Origin: Ylistrum balloti | Lineage: Eukaryota | Reading direction: 5' to 3' | DNA length: 64,000 nt | Assembly (NCBI RefSeq): GCF_031769215.1 | Contig: NW_026782379.1 | Location: forward strand, 1 to 64,000 | Shown: positions 11,501 through 24,597 of the stretch, one piece after another | How the letters are laid out: every line of letters starts with the position of its first letter | How positions within the stretch are numbered: the stretch's first letter is position 1 | Position numbers and translations under genes: made by a program | The notes under the pieces: generated by a model | Seen by the model: the letters and a program-made list of their open reading frames with translations, nothing else | What the model was told of the DNA's origin: nothing | Databases searched by the model: none

Positions 11501-13482
11501 CTGTTAAGTTGTAAAAGTCTGTATGAAGTTTTCGATTAAGATATTCTATGTGCCATGCTCTTTAAATCTTGCTATCTTCATACTTCAGTGTTTATGACAT
11601 ATTATATAATAGAGTGTGATGTTTGTTTTAGGCCGTATATGTCTATTGGAACATTCCGTGACCAGGTAATTTATCCCGACACTCTTGAGGACATGGTAGA
11701 CAAAGGCTTCACTGATATGAACCTGGAGAAAATCCTAGACATTGTCAACCTGAGACAGATCGTCGACCGAGAAGGAGGTTTGTAGTATGGCTCAAGCAAC
11801 ATAGACAATATAATAAGAAAAACAAAATGTTTGCATCTGAATATATGAGAGTAAACTAAAATAAGTTTTGTTTTGTCTGGTATGTTATTAAAACTTTTGT
11901 AAGTTGTAATCTTGAATGGATACCAAAGTCCTGTCATGCAATTTCATTTTATGTGATCCAAGTCTATACCCAATGCCATTACTTTAACGAAGACCTGGTT
12001 GATTCCTCATTCCATTTGTAGATGCTTTTTGATAGGTCAGTCGTGGGAAAATGCATCTTTATCATTATTTTTCAGGATGGGATGCTCGTAGTGATTGGAA
12101 GGATGTGCTCTCTGGAGGAGAAAAACAGAGAATGGGGATGGCTAGGATTTTTTACCACAAGTAAGAGTTAATAGGAAAACTTTTTTCTGCCATTATAGCT
12201 CAAGGGTCAGGAGAGCATTGAGTATTGGATTTTATAATCAGTGGTGTGGTTTGATCCCAACGCAGGACAATTGATTTTTCTTTATCTCTGGAGGCCAAGA
12301 ATGAAAAGATTATACGAATAAATCATAAAACATTTTCATCAAAAAAAGTGGTAATTACCTGTAATGTGGATATCCTGGAAGTAAAATAACTCACCACAGA
12401 ACATTGTCTTTATATATACCTCAATGTGATGTCAAATTTGTTCTGTGGTTGTTTTACAGGCCTCAGTTTGCTCTTCTGGATGAATGCACCAGTGCTGTGT
12501 CTATCGACGTGGAGAGTAAGATATACCAGACAGTCAAGGATTCTGGCATCTCCCTGATGACCATCACACACAGACCATCACTATGGTAAGTCTTATTGCG
12601 TGGATTTCATGTAGATAATGAGCAACAAATGGAATCTCTATATCTTCTATGATATATAGAGTTAGACATTATATTTATACTGAATCTTTAGACACACAGC
12701 ACATAGTAACATTTCTTCATATACATAGGGCAAGATACTGGCCTATTTGTACACTTATCAATGATTTCATTTAACTTCTTAATTGCTCCTTTAGAAAATA
12801 CTTTAATAATGGGGTTCAAAGTTTATCAACATTAATTTTATAACTGCTGGTACCTGCATAAACAAAAAAATCAAAAGATTTAGACTTTTTATTTAATTCA
12901 AATCCATCAGATTACACGTAACTGACTAATGTCTCATTGATTTCCTGTCTCTGCTTCTTCATCAAAGAAAAGATAAACCAAATATAACACTTCAGCTAAC
13001 TTGTGATAGTTAAAATTTTTTTGGTCTCTACATACTTTTTCTGTTGATAAGATACCTATACATATCATTACAGAAAGGAATGTTATTTAAGATCCAATAA
13101 CTACAAATGGACTGGGTTTCCATTAAACACACCATTGAATGTTTATCATAAAGTTATATCTTGCATATTCCTTAGTGTGTGTGCTCTTAAATGCTTTATT
13201 ACAGGACAATTTATTTAGATTCTAATGTATGAACATTTATCATCCCTGTTGTTATCATTTTTATATAGGAAGTTCCATACTCACCTCCTGCAGTTTGATG
13301 GGGAGGGTGGATGGAGAATGGAAGAACTTGACTCTAATACTAGATTGTCTCTTAACGAGGAGAAACAACGTCTAGAAACACAACTTGCAGGATTACCTAA
13401 AATGCAGAAGAGGCTGAAGGAGCTGTGTGGTATGCTAGGGGAAGACTCTGTGCTGCTGGAGAAGGATGGAGACTCTGAGTGA
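4572..13482 (+). CDS. ABCD2: Peroxisomal ABC half-transporter, ABCD1/ABCD2-like (ALDP/ALDRP family); 10 coding exons, 736 aa
   Basis: Exons 4572-5507, 5755-5941, 6691-6815, 7942-8092, 10063-10157, 11056-11201, 11632-11777, 12076-12160, 12460-12585, 13269-13482 join in frame (2211 nt). Motifs: Pex19-type targeting segment [17 protein letters not shown] motif EEIAFYGG, Walker [10 protein letters not shown]-loop YIPQRPY, signature LSGGEKQR, Walker [13 protein letters not shown]-loop THRPSLW. Intron phases 0,1,0,1,0,2,1,2,2 and exon 5-9 lengths 95/146/146/85/126 match human ABCD1 as I recall it. ABCD1 versus ABCD2 cannot be resolved; likely a co-orthologue. Confidence 0.95.
5755..5941 (+). CDS. 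ABCD2: ABCD exon 2
   Basis: ttcag|IEQNLLQ...[11 protein letters not shown]...IRAD G|gtaaca, phase 0 to 1. Confidence 0.93.
6215..6515 (-). mobile_element. tRNA-derived SINE-like repeat with two tandem tRNA-like heads (ABCD intron 2)
   Basis: Minus strand reads CCAGGTAGCTCAATTGGTAGAGC...GGGTTCAAACTCC (Pol III A and B boxes) at about 6444-6515; a decayed second head (CAGACAGCTCATCTGGTAGAG) lies at 6215-6262; no intact cloverleaf. Confidence 0.65.
6691..6815 (+). CDS. ABCD2: ABCD exon 3
   Basis: ttcag|...[29 protein letters not shown]|gtagtt, phase 1 to 0. Confidence 0.93.
7942..8092 (+). CDS. ABCD2: ABCD exon 4
   Basis: aaaag|[21 protein letters not shown]...GPLEIK G|gtaaga, phase 0 to 1 (AAG acceptor). 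Confidence 0.93.
9417..9580. mobile_element. MITE, Tc1/mariner type
   Basis: TIRs TAGTCAAGCCTGTCT / AGACAGGGTTGACTG (13/15 complementary); TA on the left and TG on the right; internal GTGGTCTT/GTGGCCTT subrepeats. Confidence 0.7.
10063..10157 (+). CDS. ABCD2: ABCD exon 5
   Basis: aacag|...[21 protein letters not shown]|gtaaga, phase 1 to 0. Confidence 0.93.
11056..11201 (+). CDS. ABCD2: ABCD exon 6 (Walker A)
   Basis: ttcag|[29 protein letters not shown]...FYIPQ R|gtgaca, phase 0 to 2. Confidence 0.95.
11632..11777 (+). CDS. ABCD2: ABCD exon 7
   Basis: tttag|[16 protein letters not shown]...IVDREG G|gtttgt, phase 2 to 1. Confidence 0.94.
12076..12160 (+). CDS. ABCD2: ABCD exon 8 (ABC signature)
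   Basis: ttcag|[28 protein letters not shown]|gtaaga, phase 1 to 2. Confidence 0.95.
12189..12268 (+). mobile_element. Decayed tRNA-like SINE head (ABCD intron 8)
   Basis: TAGCTCAAGGGTCAGGAGAGC (A-box-like) ... GGTTTGATCCC (B-box-like) at tRNA spacing. Confidence 0.45.
12460..12585 (+). CDS. ABCD2: ABCD exon 9 (Walker B, D-loop, H-loop)
   Basis: tacag|[18 protein letters not shown]...ITHRPSL W|gtaagt, phase 2 to 2. Confidence 0.95.
13269..13482 (+). CDS. ABCD2: ABCD exon 10 (C-terminus, stop)
   Basis: tatag|[20 protein letters not shown]...[23 protein letters not shown]...DSE TGA. Confidence 0.95.
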
Positions 13483-14421
13483 TGGGGTGAGGTCGGCGCC
13501 CATTAGAATCCAAATCTTTATTAGTCATATCAATTATCAATGCAATCGTTTAGATTTATCCTGGGTATGATGGAGTGCCAGTTGTGTGATCAATACATAC
13601 AGAAGGTTAGTGTTGTGGGTGCTCGCTTTGGTGTATGTGATAGTCAGTAGATAGAATATTTTAATGTTTTTAAGTGATTTAGAACAATTTTTTATTATTA
13701 ATCAGTATTACTGTTATGTATGAATGGTTTAACATGTAGTGGCTTTTGTTTCATACCAAGCTGTTTAAGAAGACTGGAAGGTTGTAAATTGTATGGAAAC
13801 CACTGTAAACCAATTTTCTTTTGCTTGTGATTTACGTTCATGAAATATGCAATCAAAACTAGATCAAGAAAATGCATTGCCTCAAATTTAGATAATGATA
13901 AAAAATACTGATTTTCATAGTTAAAATTTTGGGGATTAATGATATATAACTATTCACCTCACGTGAAGTTTATGTATAGTACAAACAGTAATTGCGTGAT
14001 TTTTCTTATATCTGATGTTACCTTCAGTGTCAAGGACAATAATTTACAGTGTTTGGTAACTCTCTTACCTGACCTTGCCAACTTATTTACTGGAAATCAG
14101 GCTCCCTTCATTGTTTAAATGGAGATGGTGCACTCGGATTTTACAATTACCAAAATTTGTGAGATTGTTGAAACCACCTTAGTTAGGAGCTACAAAAGAA
14201 AGTTGATTTACAGTAATCTATCCTTGATAACCAACCTTGATAATCCACCTTTGATTGCACCAGAAGTGTTGAATGGTTAGACGATAAGGAGACATTTGAT
14301 AGAATAGACAGAAAGTATAGGGACCACTAATACCAGTTGTGGCTGGATATTGGGACAACCGAATAAGTGATGGATGATAAAAGGTATACATTTGTTGACT
14401 GGGTTTTGAGGTCAACATGTG

Positions 14422-14848
14422 TTATGTTGAACTAGAGGGCTAAAGTTCTGCCTCAGGCAATAGTGTGGTCCAAGGGTTCAACATAAACATGCTGACCGAA
14501 AATCCAGTCTACAAATGTTTTGTTGTGCCTTCGTTCTTATGTAAGAAAACGAATCAATATAGATAAATATAAATAAGACGAAATCTTTCCATGATGGCAG
14601 ACGACATTTAAACATCGGGCCAGAAGATCACATCAGCAAAGGTGCCTAGATTAGGGGAGGGTTCCACCATTGCTTAATGGCAGAAATTGTTGAGTAACGA
14701 CCGAGAAGTACTGAACAATAAGGAGTTGTGACATCGAGATTGTTCTGGGGCAAACATTTGGAATTTCAGACTTTATTCACTACAGAAAAGTATAGCGTAT
14801 AACAACAATACAATGCTGTTACTTGTCAACACGTATTGTATTGTTGTT
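14422..14848. mobile_element. Non-autonomous repeat bounded by two hairpins (Helitron/Helentron-like or MITE remnant) in the putative ABCD 3' UTR
   Basis: 11-bp inverted repeat TTATGTTGAAC/GTTCAACATAA (14422-14486) and 14-bp perfect inverted repeat AACAACAATACAAT/ATTGTATTGTTGTT (14801-14848); interior is CpG-richer than its flanks. Confidence 0.5.
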
Positions 14849-16170
14849 TATTCCAGATTTAAGGAAAAGTGATATTTATACCTCATTTGTAATGGGAGTG
14901 AGTTAACATGTTTTAATATACAACATGTCCATGTCAGTCTCTTGCCAAACATTTCCTTTTGAGGAGTGTCTGGAACAAAGAAATTAATATCTATATTTCA
15001 CTGATATTGATACAATTACAAATGTATTGTAATTTGATATATTTTGGAAGATGTTAACTGGTTTTTTTTTAAATTAATTTGTAAGATGGGTAGATGAATG
15101 GTGAAGTACATAGGCAGTTTGTTATTTTCTTTTATGAATTCATAATTCCATGAATAACTGCAAATAATTTTTTAACAATTGTAGAGGAGTTGAAGACATA
15201 TAACATTACCCATGTCCATCCTTTCTTCGCACTCCATTCTGAATCAATATATTGAGAACCCATCAACAGGTTTGGTTCATATTTACACCATAGTATCATA
15301 ACAGGAAGTTCTACACCTTATATTAATGTGACCTAGGTCAAAAGTCACCTTTGACACCTTCTGTAAACTCATCAAACACATGATATTCTTTGGGAGTGAA
15401 GGCATTTATTCCTCAAAGACATTTTACTTGTTTAAACCTGAAATTGTTTACTGTAGTCACCAAACTGTAAAATATGAGATCTTCATATCATGTTGATTTG
15501 GGGTTAAGCTTCCATCTTTCATCTCTCAATATTCAAAGAAATCTGGATTTAAATTTTTGTTCAATCATTTATGTGTTGGTATTTAACTTCAATAACTGCC
15601 CTAAAAATTGGTCTAATTCCAACTTGATTTGGTATGGCTATAATATGATAAAGTACCTACACTTATTTAGTGTTGGTACTTTTCTGAGTGGTTAATTTCT
15701 TTGCATTATAAAGCTTTGATTTCTACCTATAAAAAGGCTGAGAAAAATGTGAAAGCAAGGCTTATGATTGAAAAGTACTATTAGATAGGTATTCATGAAG
15801 AAAGTGCTAGAATTTGCTATAAGTATTTTAATTTACATAGTAATGCAGACAGTCTGTGTGTGAGGGATTTCTTCAAGATTCTTTAGATACAATGTATTTA
15901 TTATTGAAAACATTGTGATCTGGAAAATTGAAACAAAGTGTTGTAAAATGGAGTCTTTGAAGTTGGTCTTGAAAAATCTGCATGAACTGTGAATACAATT
16001 ATATTTATGTATTTATATTAAGGATGTGTCAAACGTTCAACGTTTTACTGTATACCTTGACAGAAGTAATTGGCCTGATATTAAAATTCAATGATCTAAG
16101 CTCAAATGTCCCAAAATGATAAATATTTTACATAGATAATGTGATTGTAAATGCATTTTAATCAAACTAA

Positions 16171-17112
16171 AATAAAACATTTTTACTATATAATATTGAG
16201 CCTTTGCACCCATAATTGTTTATTGTCAATGATTATTCTAATATTGTACTGAAAATGTGTATTAGTATTTATTTGATAATGGATGGAAGTTTCATGTTGG
16301 AGTTTGTGTCTGTCTATTTGTTGTAAATTGTACAGCACAATCAGGATTCTTGATTGTTGAGATACAGCCCTTTATCAACTTTGTTTATCAATAATGTACA
16401 TCCCTTATCAACTTTATTTATCAATAATGTACATCTCTTATCAATTTTGTTTATCAAAATTTTTCTTAGAAATCACCATGATCAGATTAATGTGGAAAAG
16501 AAAATCCGAGAAAAATAAGTATTATAAAAAGGTAGCTGTAATTATGGTAGGTAGCTGCAGATTTTATACTTTCATTTGTTTTCTACTACAATGTAGTGGT
16601 AATTTTATCTGGTTACAAAATGCAAAATTTTTATTTGGCTAAATTTGAAAATGTTGACTTTTGATATTAAAATCGTACAAATAAGTTTAAATCAACTGAT
16701 TTACTTATTTGTATTAACATTTTCTCTTGTACAACACTCAAATACTGATGTGTGAATCATTCAATTTTTCTGAATGATTTAATATAAAAACTGGTGAATA
16801 TGACCTCAGTTTTGTGAATGTTCTGTAGAGTTATTCTATGTTAAAAGGACATCCATGATATGTATTTGATATTGTTTATTACAACCCAGTATTGTATAAC
16901 ATTGCACAATATGAAGATTTTCAGCTTATTGCATTATTTAATCATTGTATAAGGATACAAGATGTTGACCCTGACAGTAAGTGAAATTTCAGCAATAAAC
17001 TTTTTCAAATAGTAATGTTAGTAGGATTTTGTACATATTCATGACTTTGAAGCTTAAAACTTCAGCTTATTAATCTTTTTAAACAATTTCTTTAGTCCCA
17101 GAATTCAATAAA
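16171..17112 (+). terminator. Candidate ABCD polyadenylation signals
   Basis: AATAAA at 16171, 16994 and 17107 after a long T-rich stretch; which one is used cannot be told. Confidence 0.3.
16368..16458. repeat. 33-bp tandem repeat, about 2.7 copies
   Basis: Unit CCCTTATCAACTTTGTTTATCAATAATGTACAT. Confidence 0.88.
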
Positions 17113-20100
17113 TTAATTCTTCAAGCGTTCTGAAGTAAGTTGAATGCCTCCTCAGCTTTTTGTATCACTGTTGCTTAATGTGTTCATGCTTTGCTACCTG
17201 GTATATTTTCAATCTTCTTGAAATTAGATATTTCATTTTATCTGTATAAAGTACAAAGTGAAATGAGAGGTCTGACTTTAATAAGATGAGTATATTTCAG
17301 TTGTTTTTATTGATGTGTTGTCAGTAGTGATATATATACAATCTTAGAGACATCACTGTAAAACCATTTTCATTCTCATGTATATCAAGTGTATCACCTT
17401 ATTTCTGCTGAAATATGCACATAAAGATTTTTATCAATAATTATAAAATCTGTTGCTGTTGATCAACAATCTGGATGTGTAAAGTTTTTATGTCATACAT
17501 GTTAACTCATGTACAGAACACACATCGCCTGTAAACAAAATGTCTTCTGGCTTGAAGAAGCCATGATAGATAAAGGTTATAGCCACAAAGCGAATGATGG
17601 CCAAATGGACAAATGAAAACCCAAGGTTTTTGCTAGGGAAGGAAAATAGCAGATGTGAATTGTTTAAGCGAGCATGTATTCACCTGGATTGGTGATGTTA
17701 TTTAGGATGCAGGAAAGGCTTAAAGGTCTAACATGTTTGACATCAAAATAAAGTAATTTTGCTAAGTCAGAAGAACATGTGTTTATGTACTTTTTCACTA
17801 CTGTTGCTTTCATTTGTCTCTACCATCATGTGTTCATGTTTACAAATGAACTGCCTCATTTTCAAAACTGTCAAATGATGTTGCCGGTATCATTACTATA
17901 TTTGAGAAAATTGAGTGGTCAAGCTGGATATTGGAAATTGAGTGAGAATATTGGAAAGGCATAGAAACATAATTTGAAATATATAAAGGATGCACATGGA
18001 ATAGAAAATTAATGTGTTTACCACAATATTGCTTAAAATGAGTTTTCATTTGATATATTATTTTATGAACTAAGTCTTTGAAGTTTTATTTTTATGAGAA
18101 CTGGCAGGCAGAAATTAAAAATTTGAGGAAAATTTTTTTTATAAAATCTCATTTTATAAAATCAAATTAAAGATACCTTTATTCCATTACTCAGAAAAGT
18201 TAAATTTTGACAGGTCTTGAAGTCAATAATGTGAAGGACTAAATCAAATGCAGGCAGCGATTTTGCTGCACCGTTTTCAATTCATGACTTTGTGTTATTA
18301 CCTGTGTCATTACATAAGATCGATTTCTGACTGACACAGCCATTGAAAAATGCTTCAGGGTATATAACACGTATGACACGCAGAAACATTAGTGGTGAAT
18401 TAACTGGCTAACAGACAGATTTTGTGATAAATTGTTTTTATTTTAATACTTGTTGAATATTGTTGTATTGTTTTATGTTTTTCCATTGATTATTACAATG
18501 TTTTTATTTTTCTGTGTGTTGATACCTTATTCTACCCGGTAGTTCCATTGACTGTATGCTACTTTATTTATTCTGCAACAAGCCAAGAGGGCCCATGTTG
18601 GGCTCATTACTGGACAATGAAATAACATTTGTAAGCATTTTTACTGACAAGAATTGTATATTAATGTCCTTATTGCCAGGCATGGGTATCTTGTTGAACA
18701 AATATGGTAAAAACTGCTCCAAGATATTTTCAAAAGATAAGTCATAGTTTTCATAATGGTATCATCTTAGTATTTGCCTCCTACAAAAAAGTTGTTTGGG
18801 CGAGTAAAGTGAAGAAGAAAATATTAGAGGACATGAGAGCACTACTTTAGTAACATATCAACCCAACAGTAGGATTTATGGTTTGTCAAATGGGAACTAC
18901 AAAGAGAAAAGATGAACATTTGAAATACCATGCACAAACATTCTCAAGCACCATGATTCATACAATTTCTTTATTGCCAGATTCCTCTTGTGTGATAGAC
19001 ATGATACTAAGGCAGCCTTAAGAAACATACTTGTGTACTGTCCGTGTATCTGGTAGCAGAAAACAACATCAGTCATTAGTTTTGTTTATTTCCCATATTG
19101 GAAAATTGCTGAAACAGTATTATTGTCACCAGCTTTATGTTGGAAATGTTCACAATCAGAAACAGACTTTAAATACAGTGGATTTTTTTAATTTTTTGTT
19201 TTTGTTTTGTTTTTTTGTTCTTTTGTTTTTTTTTTCTTTCAGTTGTACAACAGATGTTTCAATAAATTCTATCTGGGTATGATTATATTTAAGGTTGCAA
19301 ATGTTTCATGGTCGGTCCAATTTATTGACCAAATAGCTATTTGGGTACATGTTAATGTTATAGATATGTGGTATTTTTTAAACTTGTCATAATATCAATT
19401 CAGAACAAAGCTTTGGATTATATTGAATAGTGATGTGGTTATTGGGATGTTTACTGCTTACAAGACTTAACATCCAAGCGAACAGAAGAGAACAAATAAT
19501 CGAAGGTATTTTCTATCATTTAGAGTGAGAACAAGTCTACCTTCTGCTTGACTTTGTTCAGATTCTGCTTGACCTCATAATTCCAATTATATACAAGACT
19601 TGTTTGTGTGAGACTATTTGAGTTGTGTCCAACCTTGCATACATATGCATTATATAATAAAGTATAGATAATACTCATATACATTTTGTACTTAAATTAG
19701 ACAAGATCAGTGTTAAAATACTGTTGTTGTTTTCTGTCACAAAACAAGATGAAATCAACTGTTTTTGTCCTAAAATAATTTGTTTCTTCAATCCTGAAAT
19801 AGAATTGATCTTTAGAAAGGTAAGAAATCAGAAGTCATAATTTTGATGAATGGATTTATTATATACTTGTACATAATAGAATGTTGATATTTTACGAGAT
19901 AGACCACTGGCATCTGTATTACACAAAGTGGAATCAGAAATATCTACTCCTTGATCCATTCTCAAAACTCCAAAGGTTACTCTCTGAAACATTCTCTTAT
20001 TGAAATGTGCCCTGGATTTTAAAGATTACCTTTGTTGGCTGTAAAATGGTCACCTTTTTGGGGTTATTTTTGAAAATGTGTATCAAAGTGATACAAGTCA

Positions 20101-22619
20101 TTTCAATGATGTTGTAGTAAATAATGTTTTACAAAATATTGCACCAACATTTTCTATTTATTATAGGCTGATTACACAATGGCACATTTGTGATTTGTTA
20201 TTCTGTCCAATTATGATTCAAATAAATACTCTTTTCTGTCATATTGTTTTTTATATTTTCTGTCAGATAGATTATTCCTTCCATGTAATATGATATAGGA
20301 ACAAGAAATATTAAGAATCAGTCTCATTTTGTTGACAAACAAAGGGTTCTTATTGGCAAAATATAACACTTGTCATGTGTAATTATTGACATTTGAACAT
20401 TTGTATTATCATTGATTTTAATTTCACTGCTTTCTGACATATTTAGACAAAAAACAAATAAATTTTTGTTAAGACTTAATTTTGTCATCAACTGATTTCA
20501 GACAAAATCACCACAGCTATTAAGATGTTAGGTTTAGAAATGCATATTAATGTGAGACAGTCAAAAGAGTGATATTCAAATCTTGTGTTTTCCTAAAACT
20601 GATTGTCATCAAGACTTTAACATTGACACAATACAACACAGTTCTAATAGTAAACACCTTTGTACACATTCCATGTTATGTATTAACCATATCTGGACAC
20701 CTACAACAGAAACATGGAAATGCCTCCTACCTCTGTGACAGAGTATTTCCAGATCAGTGCTGTTTGAATCAACAGCATAACAAATATCATTATAGATACC
20801 TGGGAAATGTACCATTATCACGTTGAGAAGACATGCTGCAAATTTTCCAAAAACAGTTCATGGACACATCCCAATTAAGGACAAAAAGGGTGCATTAGGA
20901 AAACTTCAGGATTGGTGGAACAAAGATGTCAAAAATAGAAAGACATATTGGATCTTAATTTGAGCTTTTATTTCATTTGAGACTACATGAAATGAGTATT
21001 TAAAGTTTTTAATTTCACGAGCATTGACAAGTTTTATCTTGTATATGAAATAAAATCAAATTTGTTAAGATACTTCCTATCACATAGCTCAAACAAGTTA
21101 CACTTTGATAGGTTTAAAACTTAAAATGTAAACAAAAAAATTGGAACGGAGGCTACCAATTGATATCTAACTGGCGCAGCTCATCAGAAGAAAATTTGTT
21201 ATAAAATATGAATATTTGTAAATCAAAAGGAATCAGTAACCTTACCCAGATTTTAAAAACACAAATGAAAATGATGATATTGATAAGGCTGATATATGTT
21301 TAAAAGTCAGCTATAAATGTAAAAGAAATGTGTGATTCTTTGCTGAAAATATTTCAACTGTACACAAAAAAAAATTGAGGGTGACATGTTTGCTATTCGT
21401 GAAGTTGACACTAATTTTATTGAGAAGATTTTATCAAATTTAAATGTCAACTTAGCCAATGGGCTGGATAACTTTTGAAACACATCGCGGAAGCTTGGAA
21501 GTGTGTGAAACTCGATAGCCTACTTTTTATCAAAATTTTTCGAAAAACATATACCATGATGTAACTTTACCTTTCTTACCATGTTTTGTTTGACTATAGT
21601 TTAATTACAGACTTTCAATTTGGCTATAGACCTATACATTCGTGTTGAACTAAATTGATACAACAAACACTTAGTATGTTTTTCATTTCTACAGCGTAAT
21701 CTTGTTTATAATAACCGGTTAAAGCAAACACTATGTCTATGTAGAATATACCTAGCAACTAAGCTCTTCAGAATTGGAATAACCATGAAGTCTTCCACAA
21801 CCAATACTTTGCCTTCTCATAAAACAAATATCTTCAAATTGCCCAGGATCATGTATTGTTATTAGCATACATGTAAATATTGCATATTTTATGAAATAGA
21901 CCCTTTCACCTCAATATACATACTGTGTCTTGACTATATAATTTATCAATTATAAGATGGAGAGTCACAATAGTATGTAATGCGGAGTCAAACAAGATAT
22001 GGTTACCATGGTTTATGGGTTTGGTGTCGTAGACTTTTTAAATGCTGCCTTTATGTTTGCCTTTAGTAAAAGGATATTGAAGACCGTGTCGCCAATGGAC
22101 GGAGAATTATGTGTAAACCTTGTAATGAAGATATAAGAGATGTTACTCTATTTTAAAATTCCTATTGCAGTGACGATATTAGAAGTTAGACCATGCGCAG
22201 CTACTGCATAAGCTTTGACCTTACGACATTTCATCAGCCTATGCAAACTATTTTTGCTATAGATATATACTGCAAGAAATGTAACTCCTAACTGCCATAT
22301 TTTAGCAGACGACGTCTTAGCAGATGTCTAAATATGGGCATGCGAATATTTTTCTATGCTTTGAACCAATGTGTTAAAACAGTCAGCTATTGATCAGTTC
22401 ACAACATCATCAGCAGTCGGCAAATTTAATTCCGCAAAAACAAATAGATTATTGACACAGATGTATGTTAATTTATTGTGCTCTGCGGGAGCTCTTCTCC
22501 CGTGAAAATTGGAAATCGATATGCCAGCCGATTCAATGTAATGAAAACGCTTTAGAACTGAGAACAAAGCCGCATCGCTCGTTTACAAACTCAGAATGGA
22601 CCATGATTTCCTCCAAAAC

Positions 22620-22697
22620 GAAAAAAATGGCGGCTTGCTGAATGTGGAGCGTCTTTTTGAAGACCATAATATTTTACGAAAAAAAGGCTACTATAAG
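22620..22697 (+). promoter_or_regulatory. Probable PBRM1 transcription start region and non-coding first exon with a YY1-type motif
   Basis: Locally CpG-rich region (about 22000-22700); AAAATGGCGGC at 22624-22634 matches the YY1 consensus; donor AAG|GTAAAA at 22697/22698; acceptor at 24433/24434 upstream of the ATG. Left boundary approximate. Confidence 0.55.
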
Positions 22698-24471
22698 GTA
22701 AAAATCTTGTTTAAAATGTAATCAGTAGTCTTTATATTCTTTATAATGTATTTACAATGGCTATATTAGTAATACGCGCTGCAGTTGTGATTGTAATCTG
22801 TAGCTAACAGATGCAGTCTGTTCCATTGTCTGTTGTCTCATCTTCATGGCCATACTCAATACATTACTCATGATAGTGTTTATTGTTGTCAAATGTGATA
22901 TCTTAATCATATATATCGCTAACCATTGAAGGAGTCAATCTTTTATTTCTACGACCTGAAAGGACTTCATTATACTCTCGTAATTTTGGTATACTATACA
23001 GTAATTGTATTTCGAAAGAAAAAAAAACGAATATAAGATGAATAATAATGGTAATGCATGTGTTTATATTTCAAGACGCAAGAAACTTAATTTTGTGTCG
23101 TATGTTATATATGGGTAACTTACAAAAGCATTAGCTGAGAAGAATTTTTATTACGAGAAACAAAGCTATTAATCTTTGAACTAGAATATTAGATTGGAAA
23201 TTAGTAGTTTGAATGATTTTTGACCACCTATCGATTTTTATCGATTAATCTGGAGTTGATGAATAACAGAACTCTGGCCCAGTAAGAAGAGTGAAGGAAA
23301 TAAATCTCAAACGTTTTTTAATGCAATTAAAAACACACAAAACAAAATCACAGCTGAACACTTTACCTTACAATAATGGTTATTATGATCAATATCTGTT
23401 TGAATGCAACATTTGAAAGGCTTCTTAAGAATTAATTTCAAAGTAGGATCCCAAACTGGCCAAAAATATATCCCTGCGTCACTGTATGTTTTGCTTGGAA
23501 TGAACAGTGACACAATGACAATGTAGACCAACCTGTAAAGCACCAAACAATTTAGAGACACATCCAGTGTATGAGATATATTGCACCACACCCTGTGGTA
23601 TTCAGCAAACAGAAGAACAGTTAAAGGATTACTACTCTTTACAAGATAAAAAAACAACCTCATCACTTTAAAGAAAATTCCACTCCTTCTAAATTCTTCC
23701 AAATCGCTCTTGTTGCTCACATGGGAGCTTACAATCTGTTGTACTATAGGAGAAAACCCAAGTACCCGAGGAAAACCAAATGATGAGGCAGCTAAACCCC
23801 ATATCTTTTCACACCACTCACAGAATTAAACCCAAGATGTTAAATGTTATGTGAAGCAGAAGTGCATTACCATTATAAGACCAGTCTAGTCTATGCCTAA
23901 CATATAAAGTTTATTCCTAAGAATTACCTACCCAATTTTTTACTTTTGTTCCCCCAAATAAGTAAATAGAAAGCTTCTTCTTTTATTGGGCAGTATCCAA
24001 TAGACACACTGCTAGGATCACAGGATTATGCACTTGATTTCAGGCATTTTCTTGTTTTTGTAAACATATCAACTAACATATAACAATCCACTGACAAATA
24101 TTTATGATTAGCAGATAATGAATAATGAATTATAGAAGAAGTATCATTGTTTCAATATAGTTGACTGATGTAGTTTCGTGAGTTGTGCTTGCATTTTTTT
24201 TCAAAAACCTAGAAGAAATTGGAAAACAATGAAATCTAACCAAGTGGAACCAGTCTACAGTACCTTTTGTGTGATCACAAACAGATAGTTCAATTACAAA
24301 CATAACATTATGTAACTGATGAATTAATAAAGACAATATTTTGACAAAACAAAAGGTGATATACTCACTGTTTCTGTTTTAACTATTCATCATTCACCTA
24401 TATAATCTAGTTTTTTTTTTTTTTGATCTTCAGGTTTTTAGAACTGTCTGAATAGCTTGTTACAAGTACAT

Positions 24472-24597
24472 ATGATGGCACCCAAAAGGAAAAAGCCCCC
24501 AGGTTCTGGAGATAATCCAACCGATGAACGAGAGGAGTCACCTGGTCCATCAATGTTGCCAAACAAACGACGCAAGAAGTCCTTGCAGTATGACCCT
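24472..24597 (+). CDS. PBRM1: PBRM1 first coding exon (acceptor at 24433/24434; NLS-like KRKK and RRKK)
   Basis: ATG ATG at 24472; ends LQYDP|gtaagt, phase 0. Confidence 0.9.

Noticed and set aside
17164-17241. Last exon of a minus-strand gene between ABCD and PBRM1 (KMKYLISRRLKIYQVAKHEHIKQQ*)
   Set aside because: An acceptor-like site exists, but I could not chain further exons or recognise the peptide; stranded RNA-seq would be needed.
20609-20821. Minus-strand ORF with AG/GT-bounded segments
   Set aside because: No recognisable domain, the implied intron is only 30 nt, and no consistent gene model results.
23307-23720. 137-aa minus-strand ORF in PBRM1 intron 1
   Set aside because: Composition is typical of AT-rich non-coding DNA; no motif or splice support.
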